Assembly (NCBI GenBank): GCA_030264375.1
Contig: JASCQW010000098.1
Coordinates: 76,303,551-76,367,550 of the forward strand
Source: Carcharhinus longimanus
Taxonomy: Eukaryota
Reading direction: 5' to 3'
Length of the DNA: 64,000 nt
This document shows positions 12,614-24,399 of the stretch, in pieces. The notes under the pieces were generated by a model. It had not been told where the DNA came from, ran no database searches, and saw only the letters and a list, made by a program, of their open reading frames with translations. The position numbers were made by a program, and so were the translations under genes. Every line of letters starts with the position of its first letter. Position 1 is the first letter of the stretch.

Positions 12614-12950
12614 GAATCATAGAATAGAATCATTGAATCCCTGCAGTGCAGAAGGAGGCCATTTGGTCCATCGAGTCTGCACCGACGACAATCCCACCCA
12701 GGCCCTATCCCTATAACCGCACATATTCGACTTGTTAATCTACCTGACACAAAGGAGCAATTTAGCATGGCTAAACAATGTAACCCGCACAAATTTGGAT
12801 TGTGGGAGGAATCTGGAGCACCTGCAGAAAAACCCACGCAGACATGGGGAAAATGTCGAAACGCCACACAGAATGTGGCCCGAGGCCAGAATTGAACCGG
12901 GGTCCCTGGTGCTGTGAGGTAGCAATGCTAACCACTACACCACCGTGCCG
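12614..12950 (-). mobile_element. HE1-type V-SINE
   Basis: Full head and core, plus the CR1/HER1-like tail (ggcctccttctgcactgcagggattc) on -. Confidence 0.88.
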
Positions 12951-13465
12951 TCCAATTTTCCAAATAAAAGAAAAAAATCATCAGACCATCAAACTACTGG
13001 GAGCACAAGCAAAGATCCACATGATGGCAAGGTCACATGGTTCAATGGAATAATTTCTAAAGCATTACTCATGATAACTTCAAGTTGACTCTGGTCAGCA
13101 GGAGTCATCCTAGTCTGATACTAGTCTGATTAATTAATCTCATTAATCCTTCAGCAAGGCTTCCACGCAGACGTCATTAATCCTTTGGAAAACATACTGG
13201 CGGATTCAGCAATAATTTAGCTAATACTTTGACTTTGTCTCCTTTTCCCTTATTTGCCCATCTTAAACTCATAATTTGAAGGTTAGGCAAAGACCTTAAG
13301 CACAACCTTTGGTAGATTCACTGGGAAAATAACTAATCCATTTAAAAAGGAAAAAGGTATATATATTTTTTTTTACAATACTACCCATTATATAAGTCCA
13401 ATGATTAAATAAATATAACCTGCTATAACACTTAGGAACTCCATCCTATAATGGAGCAGCACTTC

Positions 13466-14025
13466 AGGTAGCACAGTGGTTAGCACTGCTATCTCACAGC
13501 ACCAGGGACCCGGGTTCAATTCCCAACTTGGGTCACTGTCTGTGTGGAGTTTGATTGTTCTCCCCGTGTCTGTGTGGGTTTCCTCCGGGTGCTCCAGTTC
13601 CTCCCACAGTCCAAAGATGTGCAGGTTAGGTTGACTGGCCATGCAAAATTGCCTCGTAGTGCCAGGGGGTCTGTAATAAGTCCTCAGAGGCAGAAGTCCC
13701 TTCACCAAAATCCCTTTATTTATAACCCTAATAGCAGTATGCAGAATGCTAGCTGTTAGCAGTCTACTTCCCGGGAGTCTACCTCCCAGGGTTCAGAGAA
13801 ACTGTCACCCCCAGTTAAATACAAGGCAAAGACTTACTGATTGGCCCAATCAATTGGATCCTTAATCAGGGAGCTTAACTCCAATAGGTGAACCTCAATA
13901 GTCTGATTGAAGTTATTATAGGGATTAGTAGGGTAAATACATGGATAACGGGTATAAGGCCTGGGTAAGATTGCTATGAGTGCAGTCTTGATGATCTGAA
14001 TGGCCTCCTTCTGCACTGTATGATT
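13466..14025 (+). mobile_element. HE1-type V-SINE interrupted by an LTR-like insertion
   Basis: Head and core to 13671, then resumes as gggattagtagggtaaat at 13921. Confidence 0.85.
13672..13920 (-). mobile_element. 249-bp solo LTR-like insertion
   Basis: Termini TGTAATAA...TTATTATA (degenerate TG..CA inverted ends). Minus-strand AATAAA and CCAAT. It cleanly interrupts a SINE. Confidence 0.6.
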
Positions 14026-14124
14026 CACTGATAAAACTCTATTAAAGTAATATAGACTGGGGTCATTCATAAAATCCAATCTATAAATAAAGACTGTGTG
14101 ATTGGATCAACTTGCTAACAGTTT

Positions 14125-14490
14125 AGGAGAGGCAATGACAGATGGTAGCACAATGGTTGGACTAGTAATCCAGAGGCACAGCTAACACCCTGGGTTCAAA
14201 GCCCTACATCAGTGGAATTTGAATTCAGTCAATAAATCTGGACTATAAAACTAGTCTCAGTAATAGTCACCATGAACCTCTCATTGATTCTTGTAAAACT
14301 CCATCTGGTTCACTCATATCCTTGAAGAAAGGGAATCTGCCATCCTTACCTGGTCTGGCCTACATGCGAGTACGTGTGACTCTTAACCGTTCCCTGAAAT
14401 GACTGAGCCAGCAACTCAGTCCGACAAGAATTAGGAGTGGGCAACAAATGCTGGGCCTTGCCAGTGATGACCACAACCCGTGAAAAAATA
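14125..14490 (+). mobile_element. Third SINE family (tRNA-like head; ccatctggttcact...ggaaatctgccatccttacctggtctggcctacatg core)
   Basis: Homologous copies at 16430-16800, 26782-27135 and 34160-34490. Shared tail gggcaa(t/c)aaatgctgg. Confidence 0.75.
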
Positions 14491-14509
14491 AAGGGGAAAA
14501 AACCCCCAT

Positions 14510-14672
14510 CTTCCATCCAAAGATGTGCAGGTTAGATGGATTGGCCATGGCAAATTGTCCTTTAGTGTCAGGGGAGATTAATTGGGTAAACGCATGCGGT
14601 TGTGGAGATAGGGCCTGGGTGGGATTGTGGTCAGTGCAGACTTGATAGGCCAAAATGGCTTCCTTCTGCACT
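14510..14672 (+). mobile_element. 5'-truncated HE1-type SINE
   Basis: tccaaagatgtgcaggttag...ggcttccttctgcact. Confidence 0.8.
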
Positions 14673-14989
14673 ATTTGATCCACAGATGTGTCAAATAAAA
14701 TGCAGATAGATTTTAGAGTCTCAATCGCCATGAATGACCCCAGTTTTCTAGAGAGCAGGTGATCAATATATAAAGCTGACATTAGCCATCTCCATAGCAA
14801 ATCTAGAAAAGAAAGCTCCAGAAAAATATTTTTTCCATTTCATTGAACGCGGTCATTTTCCAACTGGCCACAGCTGCTTTTAAATAATTGATTTACCAAC
14901 AATAAGTGTTAAAATGTATCTTGAGTAAGGGAAAGGCAATTCGATCCAAACCAGGCCAATGTCCATTCAACATAAAATAGGAGTTCAGA

Positions 14990-15362
14990 CAAAATGAGGG
15001 GAGATCTCATAGAGACTTATAAAATTCTAATAGGACCAGACAGGGTAGATTCATGGAGGATGTTCCTAATGGTGGGGGAGTCCAGAACCAGGGGTCGCAG
15101 TCTGAGAATTCAGGATAGGATGGAGGTGAGGAGACATTTCTTCACCCAAAGAGTGGTGAGCTTGTGGAATTCATTATCACAGGGAGTAGTTGAACGTATT
15201 CAAGAGGCGGCTGGATATAGCACATGGAGCGAATGGGTTTAAAAGTTGTGGGGAAAAAGCAGGATTAGGCGATTGAGTTGGATGATCAGCCATGTTCGCA
15301 ATAAAAGGTGGAGCAGGCTGAAAGGGCCAAATGGCCACCTCCTGCTCCTATCTTCGATGTTT
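14990..15362 (+). mobile_element. CR1/HER1 LINE 3' end
   Basis: MRGDLIETYKIL...RRHFFTQRVVSLWNSL plus the 3' UTR gggccaaatggcc.cctcctgctcctat. Confidence 0.9.
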
Positions 15363-15629
15363 CAACACTGCGTTGACATACCTCATCTGTGGTACTCTCA
15401 GTTTTACTTACAGTGACCACCACAAATAACAGATGGATAACCATCACTTCTCCACCCTAGTTATTATGCATCTTAAAATATGCTTGTCAGACACAACATG
15501 GTTTTGAGAATAATCTAAACAAATTCTTTTTATTATTACATTGCCTTTGGTATCATTAATTCTGTTTGATATATTTACATTAATGAATTATTTTGAGGCA
15601 TCCACTGCTCATGAAAATACGTCTTCCTT

Positions 15630-15955
15630 CGGGAGGCACAGTGGCGCAGTAGTTAGTACTATTGCCTCACAGCGTCAGGGATCCTAGTTCGATTCCCAAT
15701 TTGAGTCACTCTCTGAGTGGAGTTTGCATGTTCTCCCAGTGTCTACATGGGTTTCCTTTGGGTACTCCGGTTTCCTCCCACAGTCCAACGATGTGCGAGT
15801 TAGGTTGATTGACTACAATAAATTGCCCCATAGTGTCAGGGGGACTAGCTAGGGTAAATGCCTGGAGTTATGGGGATAGGGGCTGGGTGGGATTGTGGTT
15901 GGTGCAGACTCGATAGGCTGAATGGCCTCCTTCTGCACTGTAGGGATTCTATGAT
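15630..15955 (+). mobile_element. HE1-type V-SINE
   Basis: Full-length copy ending about 140 bp upstream of the MTUS2 exon at 16097. Confidence 0.9.
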
Positions 15956-16096
15956 TTTTCTGATCACTGTGTTCAAATTTTTAATGTTTTGTTAAAGTAT
16001 TACAATGGCAGCCAGTTTAGAGGTGCGTTCCTGGTATTACTTCCCAATCTAAAGACACTCATCAATGGTTTCATTTTATTGTAATGTTTGTTTCAG

Positions 16097-16311
16097 CCCT
16101 TAACACAACACGATGTGAAAAGCTGCAAAAGGAGAAGGAGGAGCTGGAGAGGAGGTTTGAGATTGAGGTACAGAGGCTCCATCTGCAACAACAAGAGGAG
16201 ATTCAGGCCCTTGAAGAAAGGCTGAAGGATCATTACACTGCAGAGAAAGAGCGTCTCATAGAGGAACACAGGGAACATCTCAACAAAATTCAATCTCAAC
16301 ACAATGAACAG
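16097..16311 (+). CDS. MTUS2: MTUS2 internal coding exon (first visible; upstream exons lie outside the window or in a gap)
   Basis: tttcag acceptor and CAG|gtcaat donor. Translates (A)LNTTRCEKLQKEKEELERRFEIEVQRLHLQQQEEIQALEERL...QHNEQ, matching recalled mammalian MTUS2 AFHTAKCEKLQKEKEELERRFEDEV...QHQEQ. 215 nt, phase 1 to 0. Confidence 0.93.
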
Positions 16312-16429
16312 GTCAATGTCAGTCATTTATTTTATCATCCATTTGATTTAAAGAATAATAGGACTGAAAATTCATAGCCCTTCCAGTGCACTTCCACATT
16401 CACTCAGCATTCTGAAGAGCCATGAGGGG

Positions 16430-16800
16430 AGGTGGGATAGTGGCATAGTGATAATGTCACTGGGTTAGTAATTGAGGGGCCCAGGATAATAATTTGGGGG
16501 TGTGAGTTTAAATCCCACCACTGCAGTAGCTGCAGAATTTAAATTCAGTTAGTTAATCTGGAAGCTAAAGCAAATCTCAATAATGGTGACCATGAAGCTA
16601 TCATCGATTGTTATAAAAACCCATCTGGTTCACTAATGTCCTACAGGGAAGGAAATCTGCCATCATTATCTGTCCTGGCCTTCATGTGACAGCAATGTGG
16701 TTGACTCTAAACTGTCTTCTGAAATGGCTGAGCGAGCCACTTGATGGCAAATGGGGATGAGAAACCAACTGATGCCCACATCCCATCAAATAATTTATAA
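16430..16800 (+). mobile_element. Third SINE family copy
   Basis: Homologous to 14125-14490. Confidence 0.75.
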
Positions 16801-18497
16801 AAATCAGGCCTGTAAATTTTAAGTGCCCTCTTTTTTCAAGACTTCCCCACTCCCACCCCGCGAAGAGGAGACAAGGGAGGGAACAGCAAGGCTGGATGTA
16901 GCTTTCTCCTTGGTCTGCTGAGATAATGGTGGGTTAGTCTGCCAGGTATGTGCCAGTCTAGGGTACCAACACTGGAACTGTAGTCTGTTTTGTTTTGTTA
17001 TATTTCATCACATTGCCAAGCTTCAAATCTTTTTTTCCAGAAGGAATTCAGTAACCTATTTTGTGACTCTCTCACACTGCCCCGCACACTATTAAAATAG
17101 GTAGCATTCACAGACCTCCCCCACTGGTTCCCATCCAATTTATTTAACTTAATCAGCCTAATCCTCACCTTTCATACTGAGCTACAGGTAGGCACATCCT
17201 GGCATTTCTGGATAGATAGCCTACACATTTTGAGGCACATTGTCCCTGGATGTAGTAATAAAAAATGTATGACACTATACAAATACGCAGTATTTTAACT
17301 GCAAAAACATGGACTTATTTTTCCTTTTCTTTTTCCTAAAACCCTTTAAGTATTATGTATACAATTACTTTTAATCACCTGAACAAGAACATAAGGAGAT
17401 ATTAGGCATATGTCATAGTATTATCCATACTTTGACAGTAATTGGCCAGCCTCATTGTGGACAGCTACAGTAAGAAACTGGTGCAGTAAATGCTGTTCTA
17501 CTGAGGGTGGGACTAAAGCACCATGTTGGTGAGAATAGAAAGAGAGAATGCACACTATTGAGCAATGAGTTACCAGATAAATTGAGTTATTTGCATTTTT
17601 AGTACTTTATACAATTATGCCACAACTGGCTGCCAACTTGAAACTTCCATACAAAAAAAGAAGTATAAACTTATGAAGCTCTTTTGACCCTAAATCTTAG
17701 CACATTTCCTTCACTGTCATAGTGCTAAGATGACACTTGAAAAATGCATTAGAAATTTTAAGAAAATAATTGAACATTTATATGATTTAAATGTGTCTTT
17801 GTCAGTAAGAAACCAATACTTGGTCACATCAACATGAGAGAATGCCTGTGAAAATATGTTCCCAAATCTGTAATAACACTCATTTGATGAAGTGTAAATC
17901 TGCCTATCCCCTTCATCAACAATGTGCTTTGGCCTTAACTTCAAATACATAACCCCATTCATCTCCATAACATTTCAATGTCTCACACCATTTTTGTAGT
18001 GACTGACTTGCCACTCAGTGCCACTTAATTTTACCCAGTGGCTTTTTCAAAACCTGAGAGAAAACAAGAATTTTGTCTGATTAGCCTGAGCTGTATTGAA
18101 GCCAGCTGCTCCATTTAAAGTGACAGGCTGCTGATAATGCAGCCACTTGGTCCCACCAACACATTTTCCAGCATTCTCTTACATCTAACCCATCAAACCA
18201 TCATTTGTGATAGAGTCGCAATCATAATATTTTTGTCATAATTGGTGTGTCACTAAATTATCATATTGGAACAACTCCAGTTAAACATTTGCAGCTTCAG
18301 ACACTTAGCACATTATGTAGAAAATGTTGGCACTTTAATATTCCAATATGAACTGTTATTATATTCGTATTACAAGTTAGCGTTTGGTTGTAAGTATAGG
18401 AGGAACTGGTTGTTGGAGAAAACAGCTGCGATGTTCACAAGTAGGGACTTCACAGGGAGAATTGTTCTACAGCTCTTATATTCTTGTGCTTTATCAG

Positions 18498-18603
18498 ATG
18501 GAAGAAATATCAGCGACCCATACCAGTGTAATCACAGAAATGGAGAACAATCACACTGTTACAATAACCATTCTGCAAGATGATCATGAAAAGAAACTTG
18601 AAG
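18498..18603 (+). CDS. MTUS2: MTUS2 internal coding exon
   Basis: tttatcag acceptor and G|gtaatg donor. [35 protein letters not shown] matches MTUS2 [17 protein letters not shown]. 106 nt, phase 0 to 1. Confidence 0.93.
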
Positions 18604-18983
18604 GTAATGCATAGGATAAATATAGTGAAAATTGCTATGTGACGTAGTACTGAAAGAACTGATTGTTTACAAGAGTGCAGGAAAACCCTAGGAGAAATTT
18701 GTTGTCAGCAATTGTTGAAAGAAGCATTAATGAGACTAATTGTAAAGAAATCCGGCATTCTGGAATTAATATTTTGCATTACTGCTACGTCCTGATCTTT
18801 TTATGGTGAAGCCCTGGAGGAAGATCTGCACAGTTCATTTGATCTTGTTTTTATAACAGAGTTTACAGATGATTCTGTGGACGACTGAGACACTTGTACT
18901 TACTGCTTGTTTATTTTTCAAACTCAACAAATACTTTTGACTTCCAGAGGAATAGTAGATGCCAAAACACTCTGATACCTCAT

Positions 18984-19132
18984 TCATAGAATCCCTAGAG
19001 TGCAGAAGGAGGCCATTCAGCCCATCGAGTCTGCACAACCCCAATCCCACCCAGCCCTATTCCCGTAATCCCTCATATTTACCCCACACTAGGGTTAATT
19101 TAGCATGGCCAATCAACCTAACCCTCACATCT
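18984..19132 (-). mobile_element. HE1-type SINE 3' half
   Basis: catagaatccctagagtgcagaaggaggccattcagcccatcgagtctgcac, the reverse complement of the HE1 tail. Confidence 0.85.
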
Positions 19133-19433
19133 TCCTGAACAGTTATTCTTCTGCAAACCATTTAGTGGGTGTCAGTGTAGGGAGGGTGTTTGAGCTGCAC
19201 CTGGTGTTTGTTCTCTCCTTTGCAGAAGGGAATCGAGGCTAATTCTAGGAGTTACTGAGATCAACAAACTTGGTACAGATCTCAAATCAAAGCAGACCTT
19301 TGCTGCTCTGCAGTCTTTAGTCTGACACCACATGGTGCTAATAGCCATGATGCCATAAAGAGAAATAAAAGGTATTAGAAGAGAGAAATTGAACAGCAGT
19401 GATTTTTTTGGGATATTAATGATTTTTGTTGGA

Positions 19434-19584
19434 GAATCGTAGAATCCCTACAATACAGAATGAGGCCATTCGGCCTATCGAGTCTATACTGATCACAATC
19501 CCACCTAGGCCCTTTTCCTGTAATGCCCTTGCTAATCCGCCTGGCACTGAAGGGCAGTTTAGCATGGTCAGTCAACCTAACCCA
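19434..19584 (-). mobile_element. HE1-type SINE 3' half
   Basis: Reverse complement of the HE1 tail. Confidence 0.8.
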
Positions 19585-20154
19585 TGTTCGCGTTCGCTTG
19601 GGTAACAGCACTCCAAAGGCACTCAGTCAATTCTTCAAACAAACAGCATGCATTCAATGCAAGGTCTTCAATTATTTATGCACAAGGCAAACTCTTAAGA
19701 GCCAACACCGGATGGAGCACTTCTGAGGTTACAGAGAAACAACTCAGCAATTATAATCAATTACAGCAAATCAAGAACAAGAGATTTTTCACATCTGTGA
19801 TTAACATCCATATCCACCAATCATAGCACAGCCCTTTTGCCCTTTCTTATCCAATAGAAAACCAATCCTTCATTAGCATAATGTCCCCTCATCTTGCTAT
19901 TTGGTAAGTGCCGTGGTAATTTGTTCTTTGTTTTCATCCTGCTGCTCTGACCTGGAATGCAGTGTTCATAGAACAAGATTTTAGATATATTTGCTTATCC
20001 TGTGTACATCAGTGTTGGCCTTACTGAATGCCATGTTTGGTTAATAATCATTTTCCATTACTTGACAGTTTTTTTTTGACAATTATGGAACTTCAATTTT
20101 CACAATTGTTGTAACCTATCTTCCACCCCCACACACCTTTGGACTGTGGGAGGA

Positions 20155-20273
20155 CATGATGTGGATATGCTGGCGTTGGACTGGGGTAAACACACTAAAA
20201 GTCTGACAACACCAGGTTTTAGTCCAACCGATTTATTTGATAGTAAACTCACTAGCTTTCAAGGGGATTCCCT
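20155..20273. mobile_element. Left arm of a Penelope-derived palindromic element, truncated by a gap
   Basis: catgatgtggatatgctggcgttggactgggg...acaacaccagg...agtccaac...tagctttc, same family as 56654-56857. Confidence 0.7.
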
Positions 20274-20373
20274 NNNNNNNNNNNNNNNNNNNNNNNNNNN
20301 NNNNNNNNNNNNNNNNNNNNNNNNNNNNNNNNNNNNNNNNNNNNNNNNNNNNNNNNNNNNNNNNNNNNNNNNN

Positions 20374-20632
20374 TCTGGCCTTAGGTCACCGTCTGTGTGG
20401 AGTTTGCACGTTCTCCTCATGTCTGCATGGGTTTCCTCCGGGTGCTCCAGTTCCCTCTCACACTCCAAAGATGTGGGGGCTAGGTTGACTGGTCGTGATA
20501 AATTGACCCTTAGTGTCTGAGGGTTAGCAGGTTAAATATGTGGGGATATGGGAATAGGGCTTGGTTGGGACTGTGATTGGTGCTGACTAGATGGGCCGAA
20601 TGGCCTCCTTCTGCACTTGTTGGGATTCTATT
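20374..20632 (+). mobile_element. HE1-type V-SINE (5' end in gap)
   Basis: Core and HE1 tail. Confidence 0.85.
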
Positions 20633-21195
20633 TCATGCCTGTGACTCTATACAGTGATCTCAGCCAAACCATCGGATAGAGGTCCCTGGAACAAATAAGG
20701 AACCTAACACATAGGAGGAGGGAAGGAAAAGTTCATTGGAAATGTTACTTCATTGGGAATCTATTAGTTCATACGGAGTTGAATTGGTAGATGGAGGGGG
20801 ACAGTTCCTTGGCATTCTCTGGAGTGGCAGCTTATCAGTTAAATAAAACCATAAAAAAGTGAGGAAACACAACACAATGTTTTAAAATAAGAAAGGAAGT
20901 ATAAAAGGTAAAAATCGAACAAGTTTATTTGTCGTAAACCAATAAACCCAAAAGAAGTTGCTGGAGATAAGGAGAATGCAAAATGATGGAATAGCTTAAC
21001 TGAACTGGATTGTACAAAATATAACACCGTAGGGATTTAAACAGTGACAAAAACATGGAATTTAACTCATGAAACTATTTCCTCTCATTGAAAGATGCAG
21101 TTTGTAACTGAACTGGACAAAGTAGTTAGTTCTCCAAGGCAGGAGCAGGGTTTACTAGAAAAATCTAGCCAATGAAAAATTAAATGTGTTTAAAG

Positions 21196-21472
21196 TTTAT
21201 TTATGAGTGTCACAATTAGGCTTACGGTAACACTGCAATGAAGTTACTGTGAAAATGCCCTAGTCGCCACATTCCAGCACCTATTTGGGTACACTGAGGG
21301 AGAATTTAGCACAGCTAATGCACCAAATCAGCACAGTTTTTCAGACTGTGGGAGGAGACCCACCCAGTCATGGAGAGAACGTGCAGACTCTGAACAGAGA
21401 GTGACCCAAGCCAAGAATCAAACCTGGGTCCCTGGCATTGTGAGGCAGCAGTGCTAACCACTGTGCCACTGC
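21196..21472 (-). mobile_element. V-SINE, type 2 tail
   Basis: Reverse complement of the 3495-3786 family. Confidence 0.85.
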
Positions 21473-21489
21473 GCTCCCCCCCCAGTATT

Positions 21490-21985
21490 GCTATGTGACT
21501 TGGAGGGGAATTTCCAGGTGTTGGTGTTCCCATGTATTTGCTGTCCTTGTCCTTCTAGTTGGTAGCAGTCATATGTTTGGAGGATCGAATAGGCTTTAGT
21601 GAGTTGCTGCAGTCTTGTAGCTGGCACACACTGCTGCTACTGTGCGTAAGTGATGGAGGGAGTGAATGTTTATGGATGGGGTGCCAATTCAAGCAGACTA
21701 TCCTGGATGGTGTTGAGCTTCTCCAGTGTTGTTGGATCTGCACCCATCCAGGCAAGGAGAGAGGAAATTGGTGATGTGAAGGGATGATGCGGGTCAAAGG
21801 AGACAATGGAATTCAATAGGGCGGCAGGGTGATGGTTCGATCATGTTGCATGAAGGGGCAGCAAGGAGTGTTTAAGTGCCTTGTAGACGATGGACAGACT
21901 TTGGTGAGTGGGAGGGTGAATTACTTACTGCAGAATCCCCAGACTCTGACCTGCTCTTGTAGCCACAGTATTTAAGTGGCTGTAT
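21490..21985 (-). mobile_element. CR1-like LINE fragment carrying a 113-bp foreign insert
   Basis: catccaggcaag...gtgccttgtaga...ctctgacctgctcttgtagccacagtattt. A related piece lies at about 50870-51100. Confidence 0.65.
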
Positions 21986-22077
21986 TTATAGCAGATTAAC
22001 CCTCAAAAGGGCATTGATGGATTGGGGAAGATTCTGAAGATGGCAGAAAAGATTATTCTGGAACTTAAAACATCCGA

Positions 22078-22417
22078 GGAATCATTGAATCCCTACAGTG
22101 CAGAAGAAGGTCATTTGGCCCATTGAGTCTGCACTGATTCTCCGATAGAACATCTTACTCAGGTCCTATCCCCATAACTCCGCATATTTACCCCAACAAT
22201 CCCCCTAACCGACACATCTTGGGACATCAAGGGGCAATTATAGCATGGCTAACCCACCATCCTCATATCTTTGGACTGTGAGAGGAAACCAGAGCACCTG
22301 GAGGAAACCCACGCTGAGATGAGGAGAACATGCAAACTCCACACAGAAAGCCACCAAGATTGGAATTGAACCCGGGTCCTTGACGCTGATAGGCAGCAAT
22401 GCTAACCACTGTGCCAC
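22078..22417 (-). mobile_element. HE1-type V-SINE
   Basis: Full-length copy on -. Confidence 0.85.
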
Positions 22418-22631
22418 TCAGCAGCAAAATTTATTCTCATTGGCAAACAGCAGATTGTGAAGAATCAAGACATTTGACAGTGAAAAGTTGATTAAATGTT
22501 AATAGACTCGATACTGTCACCTCAAACTGGTTATCATATACAGTTCAGATGGTGTTGCTGCTTTAAGGGAATTTGACCTTTTCACAAGCATTTATTCTGT
22601 GAGATTTCACTTGTAGCATTTTTTCTTTCAG

Positions 22632-22705
22632 AGCTAAAAGCCATCCATGAACTTGAGAGGATAACATTAGAAGAGAATTTTGAAAAACTAAGACTTTCCC
22701 TTCAG
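22632..22705 (+). CDS. MTUS2: MTUS2 internal coding exon (not in ORF track)
   Basis: ttttctttcag acceptor and CAG|gttagt donor. (E)LKAIHELERITLEENFEKLRLSLQ matches MTUS2 HELEKKELEENFEKLRLSLQ. 74 nt, phase 1 to 0. Confidence 0.93.
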
Positions 22706-23562
22706 GTTAGTACTTGCACTATATATGGAAAATTATGCTTGATAGTGTCTGCCTTATTTGTTAATTAGGGGATGGCTTTCACAAAAAAAAACTTCTGCAA
22801 TCTTTTCCCATATTTACAAACTTGTACTGTATGCTGAAAGTTGTTTTGTCATTTGTGTGTGATAGTGTGTCCAATGCGATTTCTTGTTATTCCTGAAACC
22901 ATTTTTCTCCTGAAGATAGCCACCTTTTGAAAGTACCATATGTGCAAGGCAGATGGCCACATTTCCTTTACAACTGACTGCTGGAGTTATACCTTCCCAG
23001 TCCCCAAAAATTGCTGAGTCCTGGGGTGCAAACCAAGGGAATTGGTGATATGAAGGGATGGTGTGGGTCAAAGGAGACAATGGAATTCAGTAGGGTGGCA
23101 GGGTGATGGTTCGACCATGTTGAGTGAAGGGGCAGCAAGGGGTGTTTAAAGGTAGACAAAAGAGCATATAGATTTTGGGGGTGAGAAGGTCTAATAACTT
23201 CAGGAGTCGACTGTAAAGGAACAGTGCTTCATTGTACAAAATTAAGTAAAACAAAATTCTCAAGACTGTGGTGAACACAAACAGGTCCCAGTTGGGACAA
23301 AAGGTGAATGGATCCACTTGGGGTCCTGCTTCATGCCAGGCTCAGTATATGAGCTCCATCTGGTTCATTAATTACCAATCCCCAGGGAGCTCATATTCAG
23401 TGAGTTCTACAGTCATGGAAGAAAAAGGCTTTTCTACATTGCCTGGGGTGGGATCCTCAGGAAGGGAGGGCACATGTACATTTATCTGTATGGGACAAAG
23501 GGTAATGGAAGGACTTCAGGGGTGACTGTGAGATGACTCGGAGCGGTTGAGGGTTCACTTAC

Positions 23563-23791
23563 CCTGGCAGCACAGATGAGATCTTTCATCCTTTTCCTGC
23601 CCTGCAGGGCTGTCCTCTGGTGTATATTGTTGGCACTCACTGCCCTGGAGACTGCCTCCCAGTAAGGTAGGGCTCTTCCTTCCATCCGTGGAGTAGAGGA
23701 TGTCTCTCCGGTCCTCTGCTGCATTCAGCAGTACTTCCAGGGATGCATCACTAAATCATGATGCTGGTGCTGCCCAAGGTCTTTGAGCCAT
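23563..23791 (-). pseudogene. Harbinger Myb/SANT-like gene, first exon (decayed)
   Basis: MAQRPWAAPAS*FSDASLEVLLNAAEDRRDILYSTDGRK, a frameshift, then WEAVSRAVSANNIHQRTALQGRKRMKDLICAAR followed by a GTAAGT donor. TATTTAA about 55 bp upstream and a TIR-like end GGCCTGGAATTTT at 24050. Confidence 0.75.
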
Positions 23792-24399
23792 TTCCTGGAT
23801 GGCTGTTCAGAGTGGGGTAGAGCAGCAGCTGTCCAGGCACCTGTTAAATATGGCAGCTGAATATGATGGTGGGGTGCAATATCTTCTGCCTGCCCTGTCA
23901 CCAAAAAGGGTCAGGAAAACCCCAGTTACATAATTTTTAAGCTCGGCATCATGTGATTTGCTGCAGTTTTCTTCAGGGCTCTGTGGAGGGAAATACTCTC
24001 ACCTGCAGCTCCCACCACAAGACAGAGGTCCTGTGCAAAAATTCCAGGCCTATTCCTCTGGGAGGTTTCCTCAGCCACAGGAAGTAGGTGATTGAAGGGA
24101 ATATGTGTAGAATTTTCTCGGCTATGGATATCAGGTTGAATACCTTCACAGTTCATTCCTGAAGTCAGAAGGTGTTTGTGGGGGAGGGGGTGTTGAATTG
24201 TTTTTATTCCCAAATCTGTGGGATAAGTGAATTGAGCCTTGATGTGAGCCCAATCCCACCAACTTTGAAGTCCTCAGTTGGAATACCATTGGAGCTGCAA
24301 GTTTTATTGTTTGATTGCTTGTTACAGCTGTCCCATTGATGGTGGTTCCCCATGTCTCCTACCTTGGGGTGCCAAGGAAATAGCTTGGAGAGTATCAGC

